A DNA stretch of 40,229 nt, taken from sequence record SRR22947727_323. One strand, 5' to 3'. The notes below the pieces were generated by a model that saw nothing but the letters and a program-made list of their open reading frames with translations, ran no database searches and had not been told where the DNA came from. Positions 1 to 8,275 of the stretch are shown here, one piece after another. The translations under genes and the position numbers were made by a program. The stretch's first letter is position 1. Every line of letters starts with the position of its first letter.

Positions 1-2
1 AC

Positions 3-875
3 AGTTTAATTTCAGATAGAGATTCTGATACTATATTCATACAAAATCTTAAATCAAAACAACAATTGTTGCAAATTTCATTAGACTCAGATCACAATCT
101 TTTTCAATCTAAACTTTTACAAATTGAAGGTATAGGAGATTCAGATCTAACAGTAATGGCTAATTTAAGAAACGAGGTAGATAACCTTAAATTAGATAGA
201 GATTCAGATACAATTGTATTACAAAATTTAAAAATTAAACAAGATCAAATTCTCCAACTATTAGATTCAGATCAAATACAAATTCAAGCTATACGTACTG
301 AAGTTAGATCTAGATTAGATTCAGACTTTAGTCATTTTACTAGTAAAATAAGTGCTGGTGTTGATTCTGATTTACAAACTTTAACTTCAAAAGTTTCAAA
401 TCTATTGTTGGATAGAGATTCAGATACAATTGTTATTCAAGATCTCAATAAAAGATTGAATATATTAGAAGCTGCAATAGGTGTTACACCATCACAACCA
501 GATGCAACACCAGTACCAACTGATTCAGAGACATTAGGAACATTACAATTCCAAACAGACAGTGACAATACACTTGAAGAAAGTATTACTGTTGCATGGA
601 GAGTAATAGCAGGTGACGGTGCAACTGTCACTATTAATACAGTATTGTTTGCTAAAGGAATGACTGATGCAAATGTACTACAGATTTTATATATTAATAT
701 AATTGATCATCCAGTAGCTAATAGATACTGGGAAGTGTTTGCGCTGAGAGGTGGAAATAAAATTGAATATGCGTTTAAGGAAAAATATAGTTTATTAGGA
801 TACACGTTAACTGTTTCGGTAACTAAGCAAGGAAGTGACAATGCTAATTTTACTAACATTGTTCCTTCATCGTAG
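3..875 (+). CDS. 5'-truncated putative virion structural protein, coiled-coil with DRDSDTI repeats and 9 DSD motifs
   Basis: Frame is open from position 3 (SLISDRDSDTIFIQNLK...), so the true start lies upstream of the window. Three DRDSDTIxxQxL repeats, a Pro/Thr linker, then a beta-rich C-terminal domain. Lies immediately upstream of the tail sheath gene. Confidence 0.6.
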   Translation, partial: SLISDRDSDTIFIQNLKSKQQLLQISLDSDHNLFQSKLLQIEGIGDSDLTVMANLRNEVDNLKLDRDSDTIVLQNLKIKQDQILQLLDSDQIQIQAIRTEVRSRLDSDFSHFTSKISAGVDSDLQTLTSKVSNLLLDRDSDTIVIQDLNKRLNILEAAIGVTPSQPDATPVPTDSETLGTLQFQTDSDNTLEESITVAWRVIAGDGATVTINTVLFAKGMTDANVLQILYINIIDHPVANRYWEVFALRGGNKIEYAFKEKYSLLGYTLTVSVTKQGSDNANFTNIVPSS

Positions 876-886
876 AATTTTAATAA

Positions 887-894
887 TATAAATA
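887..894 (+). promoter_or_regulatory. T4-type late promoter (gp55-dependent) for gp18/gp19
   Basis: Exact TATAAATA in the intergenic region, followed by an AAGGAG RBS before ATG 938. Confidence 0.85.
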
Positions 895-937
895 TAACAG
901 ATAATTTATCTTTGTAATTACAAAAAGGAGTCGATAG

Positions 938-3127
938 ATGGCGTTCCAAGTTAGCCCAGGAGTACAGGTCAATGAAAAGGACCTAACTAATATAATCCCA
1001 GCAGTTGCAACTTCAACAGGAGCATTTGCAGGAAATTTTGAATGGGGTCCATGTCTAGAACCAACATTAATAAGTTCAGAAGAACAGTTAGTTTCTATAT
1101 TTGGTAACCCAGTTGTTTCAACCATAGCAGGTGAGAGTAACAGAACTGACTGGTATTCAGCAGCAAATTTTTTATCTTACGCTAACGCAATTCAAATTTG
1201 TAGAATTTTAACAGACGGTGCAAGAAATGCTGCATCAGAATTCTCTACATTAGAAGCAGGTAAGACAACATTAACAATAACAGGAACTCCTGTTTTTACT
1301 TTTCCAGATTCAGATGGTGAAGGTCACAAAACAGAGACTGTTACTATAGGGGCAATAACTGGTAGCTCAGCTTTCACATTTAGAGTTACAGACTCAGATG
1401 ACATTGGCAATACTGGTGACATAGCAAATATAATTAAAAATGCTATCAATGTAGAAGGAAATGCAGTAGATGCTGCAATAGATTCAGATGGATCAACATC
1501 TTTAAGTAATGATGCTACTGTTACATTTACAACACCTGCAAGTACAGATCCATCAGCGGTCACAACTGTAGGTTTATCATTTATTCCAATAGAAGAACAA
1601 GAGCAAGGATCTGGTTTTGGAACAGCTGCTGTGTTGAATAACTTAGATGATTTCATTGCAGAAGAAAGCACATTGACAAACGGTTCTGTCTATGCAAGAT
1701 TTCCAGGGTCAAGAGGAAATGGTATAGGTGTAATTTTAATTGATGCTTCAATAACAGATAGTGATTTTTTAAACACATCTCTTGTAAGTAGTGGTACAAT
1801 AAAAGCTGGAACTTACTTCGATAAAAGACCTGGTAAATCTCAATGGTCATCAGATACATTTGATTCTGATGTAAATGATGAAGTTCATATAATTGTACAT
1901 ACAACAGATACAACTATTACAGGAAATGCTTTTGAAGTATTAGAGACACATGAAGCTTTATCTAAAGCAGGTAATGGTTTGACTGCAGATGGTGGTCAAA
2001 ATTATTATAAAACTGTAGTTAATAATACCAGTAATTGGATTTATGTTTTATCTGAAGACAACGCTAATGGAACTTCAGTTACTGCTCTAACTAATAGTGA
2101 ACAAACAACTACAATAGGAACTAGCATTTATAAAAGCAATCAAAAAGATTTTGTTAGATTTGTTTCTAACGCATCAATTGCTGGTGTAAGAAGATACAAT
2201 CTTAATGGAGGTTCCTCAGGTGATGACATCGATGCAGCAGATTATACATCAGCTCTAGATAAATTTAAAGACGCTGAAGAAATTGATATATCTCTTTTAA
2301 TAGGAAATCATTTTGGATCAGGTACTTCAAATGCATTAAAACAAAAAACTGTACAAAAATACGCAATAGATAACATTGCAAAAATAAGAAAAGATTGTAT
2401 AGTTTATGTATCACCATCATATGATGCAGCTGTAATAAATCCTACTGCAAAGAAAATTACAGATCACTTTGCTGATTATAATAGTAATTCATATTCAGTG
2501 TTTGATTCTTCTTGGAAAAGAATGTATGATAGATACAATGATGAATATTTCTGGTCACCTTTAGCAGGAGATACTGCTGGATTGACAGCAAGATCAGAAT
2601 ATACAAACGATGCATGGTGGTCACCAGCTGGTTTCAATAGAGGATTCGTTTCAAATGTTACTAAGTTATCATACAATCCTCAACAAGCTGATAGGGATGC
2701 TTTATATAGAGAAAGAATAAATCCTGTTGTTACTGTAAGAGGTCAAGGAACTTTATTGTTTGGAGACAAAACTGCTTTATCTAGACCTTCAGCATTTGAT
2801 AGAATTAATGTAAGAAGATTGTTTATAGTTTTAGAAAAAGCAATAGCAACAGCAGCAAAATTTCAGTTATTTGAATTCAATGATGATTTTACAAGAGCTA
2901 ATTTTGTTGCAGCTATCGAACCTTTCTTACAAGATATAAAAGCAAGAAGAGGTGTACAAGACTTTAAAGTTGTTTGTGACACTACTAATAACACATCAGC
3001 AGTGATCGATGGCAATAGATTTGTGGCAGATATATATATCAAACCAAACAGATCAATTAACTATATTACTCTAAACTTTGTAGCAGTACGAACTGGAGTA
3101 AGTTTTGAAGAAGTAGCAGGAGCTTAA
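938..3127 (+). CDS. gp18: Tail sheath protein
   Basis: N-terminus FQVSPGVQVNEKDLT and GNFEWGP; C-terminal WWSPAGFNRG, GDKT, SAFDRINVRRLF, LFEFNDDFTR, IKPNRSINYITLNFVA, all typical of T4 gp18. Confidence 0.97.
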   Translation: MAFQVSPGVQVNEKDLTNIIPAVATSTGAFAGNFEWGPCLEPTLISSEEQLVSIFGNPVVSTIAGESNRTDWYSAANFLSYANAIQICRILTDGARNAASEFSTLEAGKTTLTITGTPVFTFPDSDGEGHKTETVTIGAITGSSAFTFRVTDSDDIGNTGDIANIIKNAINVEGNAVDAAIDSDGSTSLSNDATVTFTTPASTDPSAVTTVGLSFIPIEEQEQGSGFGTAAVLNNLDDFIAEESTLTNGSVYARFPGSRGNGIGVILIDASITDSDFLNTSLVSSGTIKAGTYFDKRPGKSQWSSDTFDSDVNDEVHIIVHTTDTTITGNAFEVLETHEALSKAGNGLTADGGQNYYKTVVNNTSNWIYVLSEDNANGTSVTALTNSEQTTTIGTSIYKSNQKDFVRFVSNASIAGVRRYNLNGGSSGDDIDAADYTSALDKFKDAEEIDISLLIGNHFGSGTSNALKQKTVQKYAIDNIAKIRKDCIVYVSPSYDAAVINPTAKKITDHFADYNSNSYSVFDSSWKRMYDRYNDEYFWSPLAGDTAGLTARSEYTNDAWWSPAGFNRGFVSNVTKLSYNPQQADRDALYRERINPVVTVRGQGTLLFGDKTALSRPSAFDRINVRRLFIVLEKAIATAAKFQLFEFNDDFTRANFVAAIEPFLQDIKARRGVQDFKVVCDTTNNTSAVIDGNRFVADIYIKPNRSINYITLNFVAVRTGVSFEEVAGA

Positions 3128-3128
3128 T

Positions 3129-3689
3129 ATGACTTTAAGAATTGATGACTTTAAAGCAGCCCTCATTGGGGGTGGTGCTAGACCAAATTATTTTAGAGTG
3201 ATTCCTAGCTTTCCAGGCGGTGTTACATCTACAGATAACACAGGTCTAGGATTAGTACAATTAGGTTCATTTGTAATAAAAGGAGCACAACTTCCTCCAT
3301 CAACTATAGGTGAAATTCCTGTCCCTTTCAGAGGAAGACAATTAAAAGTTGCTGGTGATAGAATATTTGAAGATTGGACTATCACAATAATGAATGATAA
3401 CAACTTTGCAATAAGAAATGCTTTTGAATCATGGATGAATCAAATAAACCAACATGTTGGTGGTACAACATCTCTAGGAACTAACATTCAAGCTTATATA
3501 CAAGATTGGAGAGTTGAGCAACTAGACAAAAACAATGATATACAAAAAACCTATACCTTTAGAGGCTGCTTTCCAGTGCAAGTTGATCCTATAGATATGT
3601 CTTTTGACGCGACAGACACTATCGAAGAATTTAGCTGTACTATTGCGTATCAATATTGGACTAGTAATACTACGGACAATGTAGGATAA
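3129..3689 (+). CDS. gp19: Tail tube protein
   Basis: GGARPNYFRV, LPPSTIGEIPVPFRGRQLKVAGDRIFEDWT, IEEFSCTIAYQYW; follows gp18. Confidence 0.96.
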   Translation: MTLRIDDFKAALIGGGARPNYFRVIPSFPGGVTSTDNTGLGLVQLGSFVIKGAQLPPSTIGEIPVPFRGRQLKVAGDRIFEDWTITIMNDNNFAIRNAFESWMNQINQHVGGTTSLGTNIQAYIQDWRVEQLDKNNDIQKTYTFRGCFPVQVDPIDMSFDATDTIEEFSCTIAYQYWTSNTTDNVG

Positions 3690-3690
3690 A

Positions 3691-3719
3691 TTTACTATAA
3701 CAATAGTAGCTAGTATAAT
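3691..3719 (+). promoter_or_regulatory. Sigma70/T4-early-like promoter upstream of the portal gene
   Basis: TTTACT (3691-3696), 17-nt spacer, TATAAT (3714-3719), then a GAGGA RBS and ATG 3736. Confidence 0.55.
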
Positions 3720-3735
3720 ATTATGAGGAAGCAGA

Positions 3736-5352
3736 ATGGCAGAAAAAACTATTAATCTTTTTGGATTTGATTTAGTCACTCCAGAAAATGAAAAGAAACA
3801 AGTAAGTCCTGTACCTGTTGAAATGGATGACGGTACAGAACTTCCTGTTGGAGGACGCGTTGGTTATACATATGAAATTGATAAAAAATATCGAAACGAA
3901 CATCAATTAATAACTCAGTATAGAAACGTAAGCTTTTATCCAGAAGCTGATGCTGCAATAGATGATATTGTCAATGAAGCTTTTGTTGTTGAACATGAAA
4001 GAGCACCTGTATCAATACGTTTAGATACTCTAAATATAGATGATAGAATTAAAAAGATAATAAGAAGCGAATTTAAAAACGTATTACATTACCTTAAATT
4101 TCAAAGAAAATCATATGATCTGTTCAGACAATGGTATATTGATGGTAGATTATTCTTTCAAGTAATAATAGATAAAAAGAATCCTAAAGATGGTATTCAT
4201 GAACTTAGACCTATAGATGCTTTAAAAATAAAAAGGATGGTTAAGCCTGAGTATGAAAAAGATAAAAATACAGGTGTTCCAGTTCTAACTAAAGTAAACG
4301 AATGGTATGAATACGCTCCAGATAAAAACATGAATAGTTCTGCTAAACTATCAAAAGATAGTGTAGTTTTTTGTCCCTCTGGTATTTTAGACAGAAATAG
4401 AGGAATGATAGTAGGTTATTTAGACAAAGCTATTAAACCATTTAATAACCTTAGATCAATGGAAGATGCTCTTATTGTTTATAGAATAGCAAGAGCTCCT
4501 GAAAGAAGAATATTTTATGTTGATGTTGGCCAACTTCCAAAGATAAAAGCTGAACAATATATCAAAGACATGATGAATAGATATAGAAATAAAATTGATT
4601 ATGATCCTAGTACTGGTTCAATAAGAGATAGTAGAAAATTTATGTCTATGTTAGAAGATTTTTGGTTGCCTAGAAGAGATGGTTCAAAAGGTACTGAAAT
4701 TACTACACTTCCTGGTGGACAAAATTTAGGTGACCTTGATGATGTTGAATATTTTAAAGGTAAGTTATATCAATCTTTGAATGTTCCTATGAGTAGAATT
4801 AATCAAGATAATAATTTTCAACTTGGTAGAGCTTCAGATATTAGTAGAGATGAATTAAAATTTACTAAATTTATTCACAGAATAAGAAAACAATTTGCTG
4901 AGTTGTTTAATGAAGTATTGAGAGTACAATTAGTTTTAAAAGGTGTATGCACAACAGGTGAATTTGAAGAAATGAGACAGTATATAACATATGATTATAT
5001 TTCTGACACTCACTTTGAAAATTTAAAAAGAATTGAAATACTAGGAGACCAACTTAATGTATTAAGAGATGCTTCTGAGTATGTTGGTAAATATTTTTCT
5101 ATTGAATATATAAGAAAAGAAATACTAGGTCAAACAGAGGAAGACATAGCTAGAATTGATAAACAAATCATGAGTGAAATGGAAAAAGAACAAATTCAAG
5201 ATATAGACGTTCCTTCTGATATTGCTAATAATGATTTTGTTAATATGTACGATGATTATAAAAAGTCACCAGAGATGACCTTGACAGAAAACAGTAGTGA
5301 TTTAGATATAAATACTACAGTAATAGAAGAGGATTCTGATGCCACTACCTAA
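3736..5352 (+). CDS. gp20: Portal vertex protein
   Basis: YPEADAAIDDIVNEA, WYIDGR, MEDALIVYRIARAPERRIFYVDVG, EDFWLPRRDGSKGTEITTLPGG, ISRDELKF. Confidence 0.97.
   Translation: MAEKTINLFGFDLVTPENEKKQVSPVPVEMDDGTELPVGGRVGYTYEIDKKYRNEHQLITQYRNVSFYPEADAAIDDIVNEAFVVEHERAPVSIRLDTLNIDDRIKKIIRSEFKNVLHYLKFQRKSYDLFRQWYIDGRLFFQVIIDKKNPKDGIHELRPIDALKIKRMVKPEYEKDKNTGVPVLTKVNEWYEYAPDKNMNSSAKLSKDSVVFCPSGILDRNRGMIVGYLDKAIKPFNNLRSMEDALIVYRIARAPERRIFYVDVGQLPKIKAEQYIKDMMNRYRNKIDYDPSTGSIRDSRKFMSMLEDFWLPRRDGSKGTEITTLPGGQNLGDLDDVEYFKGKLYQSLNVPMSRINQDNNFQLGRASDISRDELKFTKFIHRIRKQFAELFNEVLRVQLVLKGVCTTGEFEEMRQYITYDYISDTHFENLKRIEILGDQLNVLRDASEYVGKYFSIEYIRKEILGQTEEDIARIDKQIMSEMEKEQIQDIDVPSDIANNDFVNMYDDYKKSPEMTLTENSSDLDINTTVIEEDSDATT
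5307..5314 (+). promoter_or_regulatory. Late promoter embedded in the 3' end of gp20, serving gp13
   Basis: Exact TATAAATA 24 nt upstream of ATG 5339, with a GAGGA RBS in between. Confidence 0.7.
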
Positions 5353-6340
5353 TAGTAAACAAGAGTTAGCTGATTATATATTAAGAAAATTAGGAGCTCC
5401 TGTTATAAACGTTGAGATAGCAGACATACAATTGGAAGATTGTATTGATGATGCTGTACAACTGTATCAAGAATATCATTTTGATGGCGCAGAAAGAACA
5501 TATAGATTAATTAAAATAGATGAAAAATTCTTAAACAGAAATACAAGAAAACATCTAACTATGACAGCTGAAGATTATGTTAGTACTACAACATATTCAA
5601 AAGGTGCTAGAGTGATGCATAAAGTAGATAATGTAACCGGTCAAAGAATATATATTAAAACAGATTCAGATGGAGCATTTGATTCAGAGGCAACTTTTTC
5701 AACTAAATTTCAATTAGAAGAAAAAATTTTAGAAGATCAGAATATAACATTATCAGATAATGGAAAGGTAGGAATTAAAGTTCCTAATGACATTATATCA
5801 GTTACTAAAATTGCTAAGGTTGATTCATTCAGTCAAGCAGGTATGTGGAATTATGAGTATCAATATTTTTTAAATAACTTTGATTTTTTCTACGGTGGCA
5901 TGGCAGGTGGTGGTTTAACATCATATTACATTCAGAAATCTTTCATTGAGCATATTGAATTTTTATTAAACACTTCGCCAGCTATAAGATTTAATAAGCA
6001 TAAAAATAGATTATATTTAGATGTTGATATGAATAGACTCAAACATGTTTCTAATGGTGGTAAGAAGACACATTATTTGTTAGCTGAATGTTATGTGATT
6101 ACAGATCCAGAAATTTATGGACAAGTGTATCAAGATAGTTGGTTGAAATCTTATTCAGTTTCATTAGCTAAAATGCAATGGGGTGCTAATTTGAAAAAAT
6201 ATATGAACACAGAATTACCTGGTGGTGTTCAGTTAGATGGTCAAACATTATACAACGAAGGTAAAGAAGAAGAAATAGCTTTGAGAGAAGAGCTTAGAAA
6301 CAATAACCAATTAGAGCTAGACTCTATTTTATGGGGATAA
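5339..6340 (+). CDS. gp13: Neck protein
   Basis: PNSKQELADYILRKLGAPVINVEI..Q.EDCIDDA.Q.YQEYHFDG and WLKSY..LAKMQWGANLKKY...LPGGVQLDG match T4 gp13. Confidence 0.92.
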   Translation: MPLPNSKQELADYILRKLGAPVINVEIADIQLEDCIDDAVQLYQEYHFDGAERTYRLIKIDEKFLNRNTRKHLTMTAEDYVSTTTYSKGARVMHKVDNVTGQRIYIKTDSDGAFDSEATFSTKFQLEEKILEDQNITLSDNGKVGIKVPNDIISVTKIAKVDSFSQAGMWNYEYQYFLNNFDFFYGGMAGGGLTSYYIQKSFIEHIEFLLNTSPAIRFNKHKNRLYLDVDMNRLKHVSNGGKKTHYLLAECYVITDPEIYGQVYQDSWLKSYSVSLAKMQWGANLKKYMNTELPGGVQLDGQTLYNEGKEEEIALREELRNNNQLELDSILWG

Positions 6341-6346
6341 TAAATA
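6339..6346 (+). promoter_or_regulatory. Late promoter-like box
   Basis: AATAAATA (one mismatch) 2 nt before ATG 6349. Confidence 0.5.
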
Positions 6347-6348
6347 GT

Positions 6349-6519
6349 ATGAGTAAAACTGACTTTACGAAAGACATTGACAATAAAGATAATTTTGTTA
6401 ATAATATAAAGAATGAATTAGATGTTACAGCTTACAATGCGCTAAATGCAATGAAAAAAGAGTTGGCTACTGATTTTATAAAAGGTGATAATAATGATAC
6501 TGCAAAATCTGAAGAATAA
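6349..6519 (+). CDS. Small prohead core protein, gp67-like
   Basis: 56 aa, helical (FVNNIKNELDVTAYNALNAMKKELATDF); occupies the gp67 position between portal and protease. Assignment mostly from synteny. Confidence 0.55.
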   Translation: MSKTDFTKDIDNKDNFVNNIKNELDVTAYNALNAMKKELATDFIKGDNNDTAKSEE

Positions 6520-7213
6520 AATTTTTGAAAATCAAAAAAAGATTGTCATTGAGCAATTGAATAACGACGTTGCAGTTGATAATTCTATATTTACAGATGA
6601 AGAATTAAAAAACATTAAAGAAGAAACAAATATTAATAATTATTTTGAATACGTTGAAGAAGATATTGACGATGTAGAGGAATATGAGTTTGATTTAAAC
6701 TCTAACGATGATGAAGATTGTGGTTGCGAATCACACGAAGATGATTGTACGTGTCCAGAATATTACTTAGACTTTGTACCTATGGAAGATGGAGATGAAA
6801 TGGATCTTCAATATGGTATAGAAGATAGAACTGGATACCACGATGGAATCAAAACATATATTGCTATGAAAGATGCTTTGTTTGCTGAAGAGTATGAAAT
6901 GTATGAAGATTTATATTTTGATGAAGATGGAAATGAGAATATAAAAGAAAGTGCAGCTCAAGTAATCTTTAGAAGAGCTAAAGGTAAAATTATTAAAAAG
7001 AAAAAGTGTGGACCTGGAATGAGATTGGCTGGTCGTAGATGCTTACCTCAGACTGGAACTCAAAAAGCATCCATGAAAAAATTAGGAATAAAACTTAAAA
7101 GAGCTAAGAAAGCTATGGGATCAGCTGCAAAAAGAAAGGCTGCAAGAATAGCTAAGATTACAAAAAAGAGAATTAAGGGTCGCAATAGAAGCTTAGCTTC
7201 TTTGTCAAACTAG
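6494..7213 (+). CDS. Prohead core protein, gp68-like, with long acidic N-terminal extension
   Basis: Very acidic N-terminal two thirds, then a basic C-terminus (RRAKGKIIKKKKCGPGMRLAGRRC...KRKAARIAKITKKR) as in gp68 homologues. AAGGTG RBS before ATG 6494. Confidence 0.6.
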   Translation: MILQNLKNKIFENQKKIVIEQLNNDVAVDNSIFTDEELKNIKEETNINNYFEYVEEDIDDVEEYEFDLNSNDDEDCGCESHEDDCTCPEYYLDFVPMEDGDEMDLQYGIEDRTGYHDGIKTYIAMKDALFAEEYEMYEDLYFDEDGNENIKESAAQVIFRRAKGKIIKKKKCGPGMRLAGRRCLPQTGTQKASMKKLGIKLKRAKKAMGSAAKRKAARIAKITKKRIKGRNRSLASLSN

Positions 7214-7222
7214 GAGATATAA

Positions 7223-7567
7223 ATGGCTAATACTATTATAGCAAAAAGAATTACAGCAAGAGATCAAAACTCTGCAAGAGTAACATTGCATATTGATGCA
7301 GCATCTGCTTTTGATTCAGACGCATTGTTGTTTACGTTAGAAACTGGTGAAACAAAAAGATTTCAACCTAATAGAATCGAGACAGTTATTAATATGGGAC
7401 CTAATGATGTTACATTAGATGGTAAAGTATTCGAATCAGGCAATTGGTTACTATCTCAATTTGGAGGTTTACCTTTTATTGGAGCTGGAGGAGGAGGTTC
7501 TCTTACTGTAGTAGGCACTAGTCCTAATGCAATAATTGAATTAAGAGGCTTTTTAGTAGACAATTAA
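7223..7567 (+). CDS. Hypothetical protein in the head module, probably virion-associated
   Basis: AGGAG RBS; beta-rich 114-aa ORF between the gp68-like gene and gp21; one DSD. Confidence 0.6.
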   Translation: MANTIIAKRITARDQNSARVTLHIDAASAFDSDALLFTLETGETKRFQPNRIETVINMGPNDVTLDGKVFESGNWLLSQFGGLPFIGAGGGGSLTVVGTSPNAIIELRGFLVDN

Positions 7568-7581
7568 GATAGGATAAAACA

Positions 7582-8238
7582 ATGAAACTCATAGCAGAAT
7601 CAACATTATTTGAAGATATAAAAGTAATCACTGAAGGTAAAGGTAAAGATAAAAAAAGAATGTATATATCTGGTCCTTTTCTTCAAGCTGAGAAACAAAA
7701 TAGAAATGGTAGAGTATATCCTCAAACTATTATGGATCAAGCAGTTAGTAAGTATAAAGAAGATTATATTGATAAAAAAAGATCTTTAGGAGAGTTAAAT
7801 CATCCAGCTGAACCTACAGTTAATCCTGAAAGAGCAGCTATACTAACTGAATCATTAGAGAAAGACAACATCTATTATAAAGGAAAAGCAAAGATACTAT
7901 CAACACCATGTGGTAAAATTGTTGAAAGTTTAGTAGATGATGGTGTAACAATTGGAGTAAGTTCAAGAGGTTTAGGATCTCTTAAACCTACAAGAGAAGG
8001 TTATAATGAAGTACAAAGTGATTTTGTTTTAACTACTGCGGCAGATATCGTTTTTGATCCCTCTGCACAATCTTCGTTTGTTGAAGGTGTTTACGAACAA
8101 GCAGAATGGATATTTGAATCTGGATTGTTTGTTCAAAGAGACTTAGCTGAGGCAAGAAAAGAATTGCTTAGAGCTGATAGAAATAGAATAAATGAAGTTA
8201 AACTTAAATTATTTAATAAATTTTTAAGAGATCTTTAA
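7582..8238 (+). CDS. gp21: Prohead core protease
   Basis: YISGPFLQAEKQNRNGRVYP, LGELNHP, GVSSRGLGSL, AADIVFDPSA. Confidence 0.96.
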   Translation: MKLIAESTLFEDIKVITEGKGKDKKRMYISGPFLQAEKQNRNGRVYPQTIMDQAVSKYKEDYIDKKRSLGELNHPAEPTVNPERAAILTESLEKDNIYYKGKAKILSTPCGKIVESLVDDGVTIGVSSRGLGSLKPTREGYNEVQSDFVLTTAADIVFDPSAQSSFVEGVYEQAEWIFESGLFVQRDLAEARKELLRADRNRINEVKLKLFNKFLRDL

Positions 8239-8242
8239 GAAT

Positions 8243-8250
8243 TATAAATA
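8243..8250 (+). promoter_or_regulatory. Late promoter for gp22/gp23
   Basis: Exact TATAAATA, then an AAGGAG RBS and ATG 8276. Confidence 0.85.
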
Positions 8251-8275
8251 AAAGAGACTACAAGGAGTGGACCCA

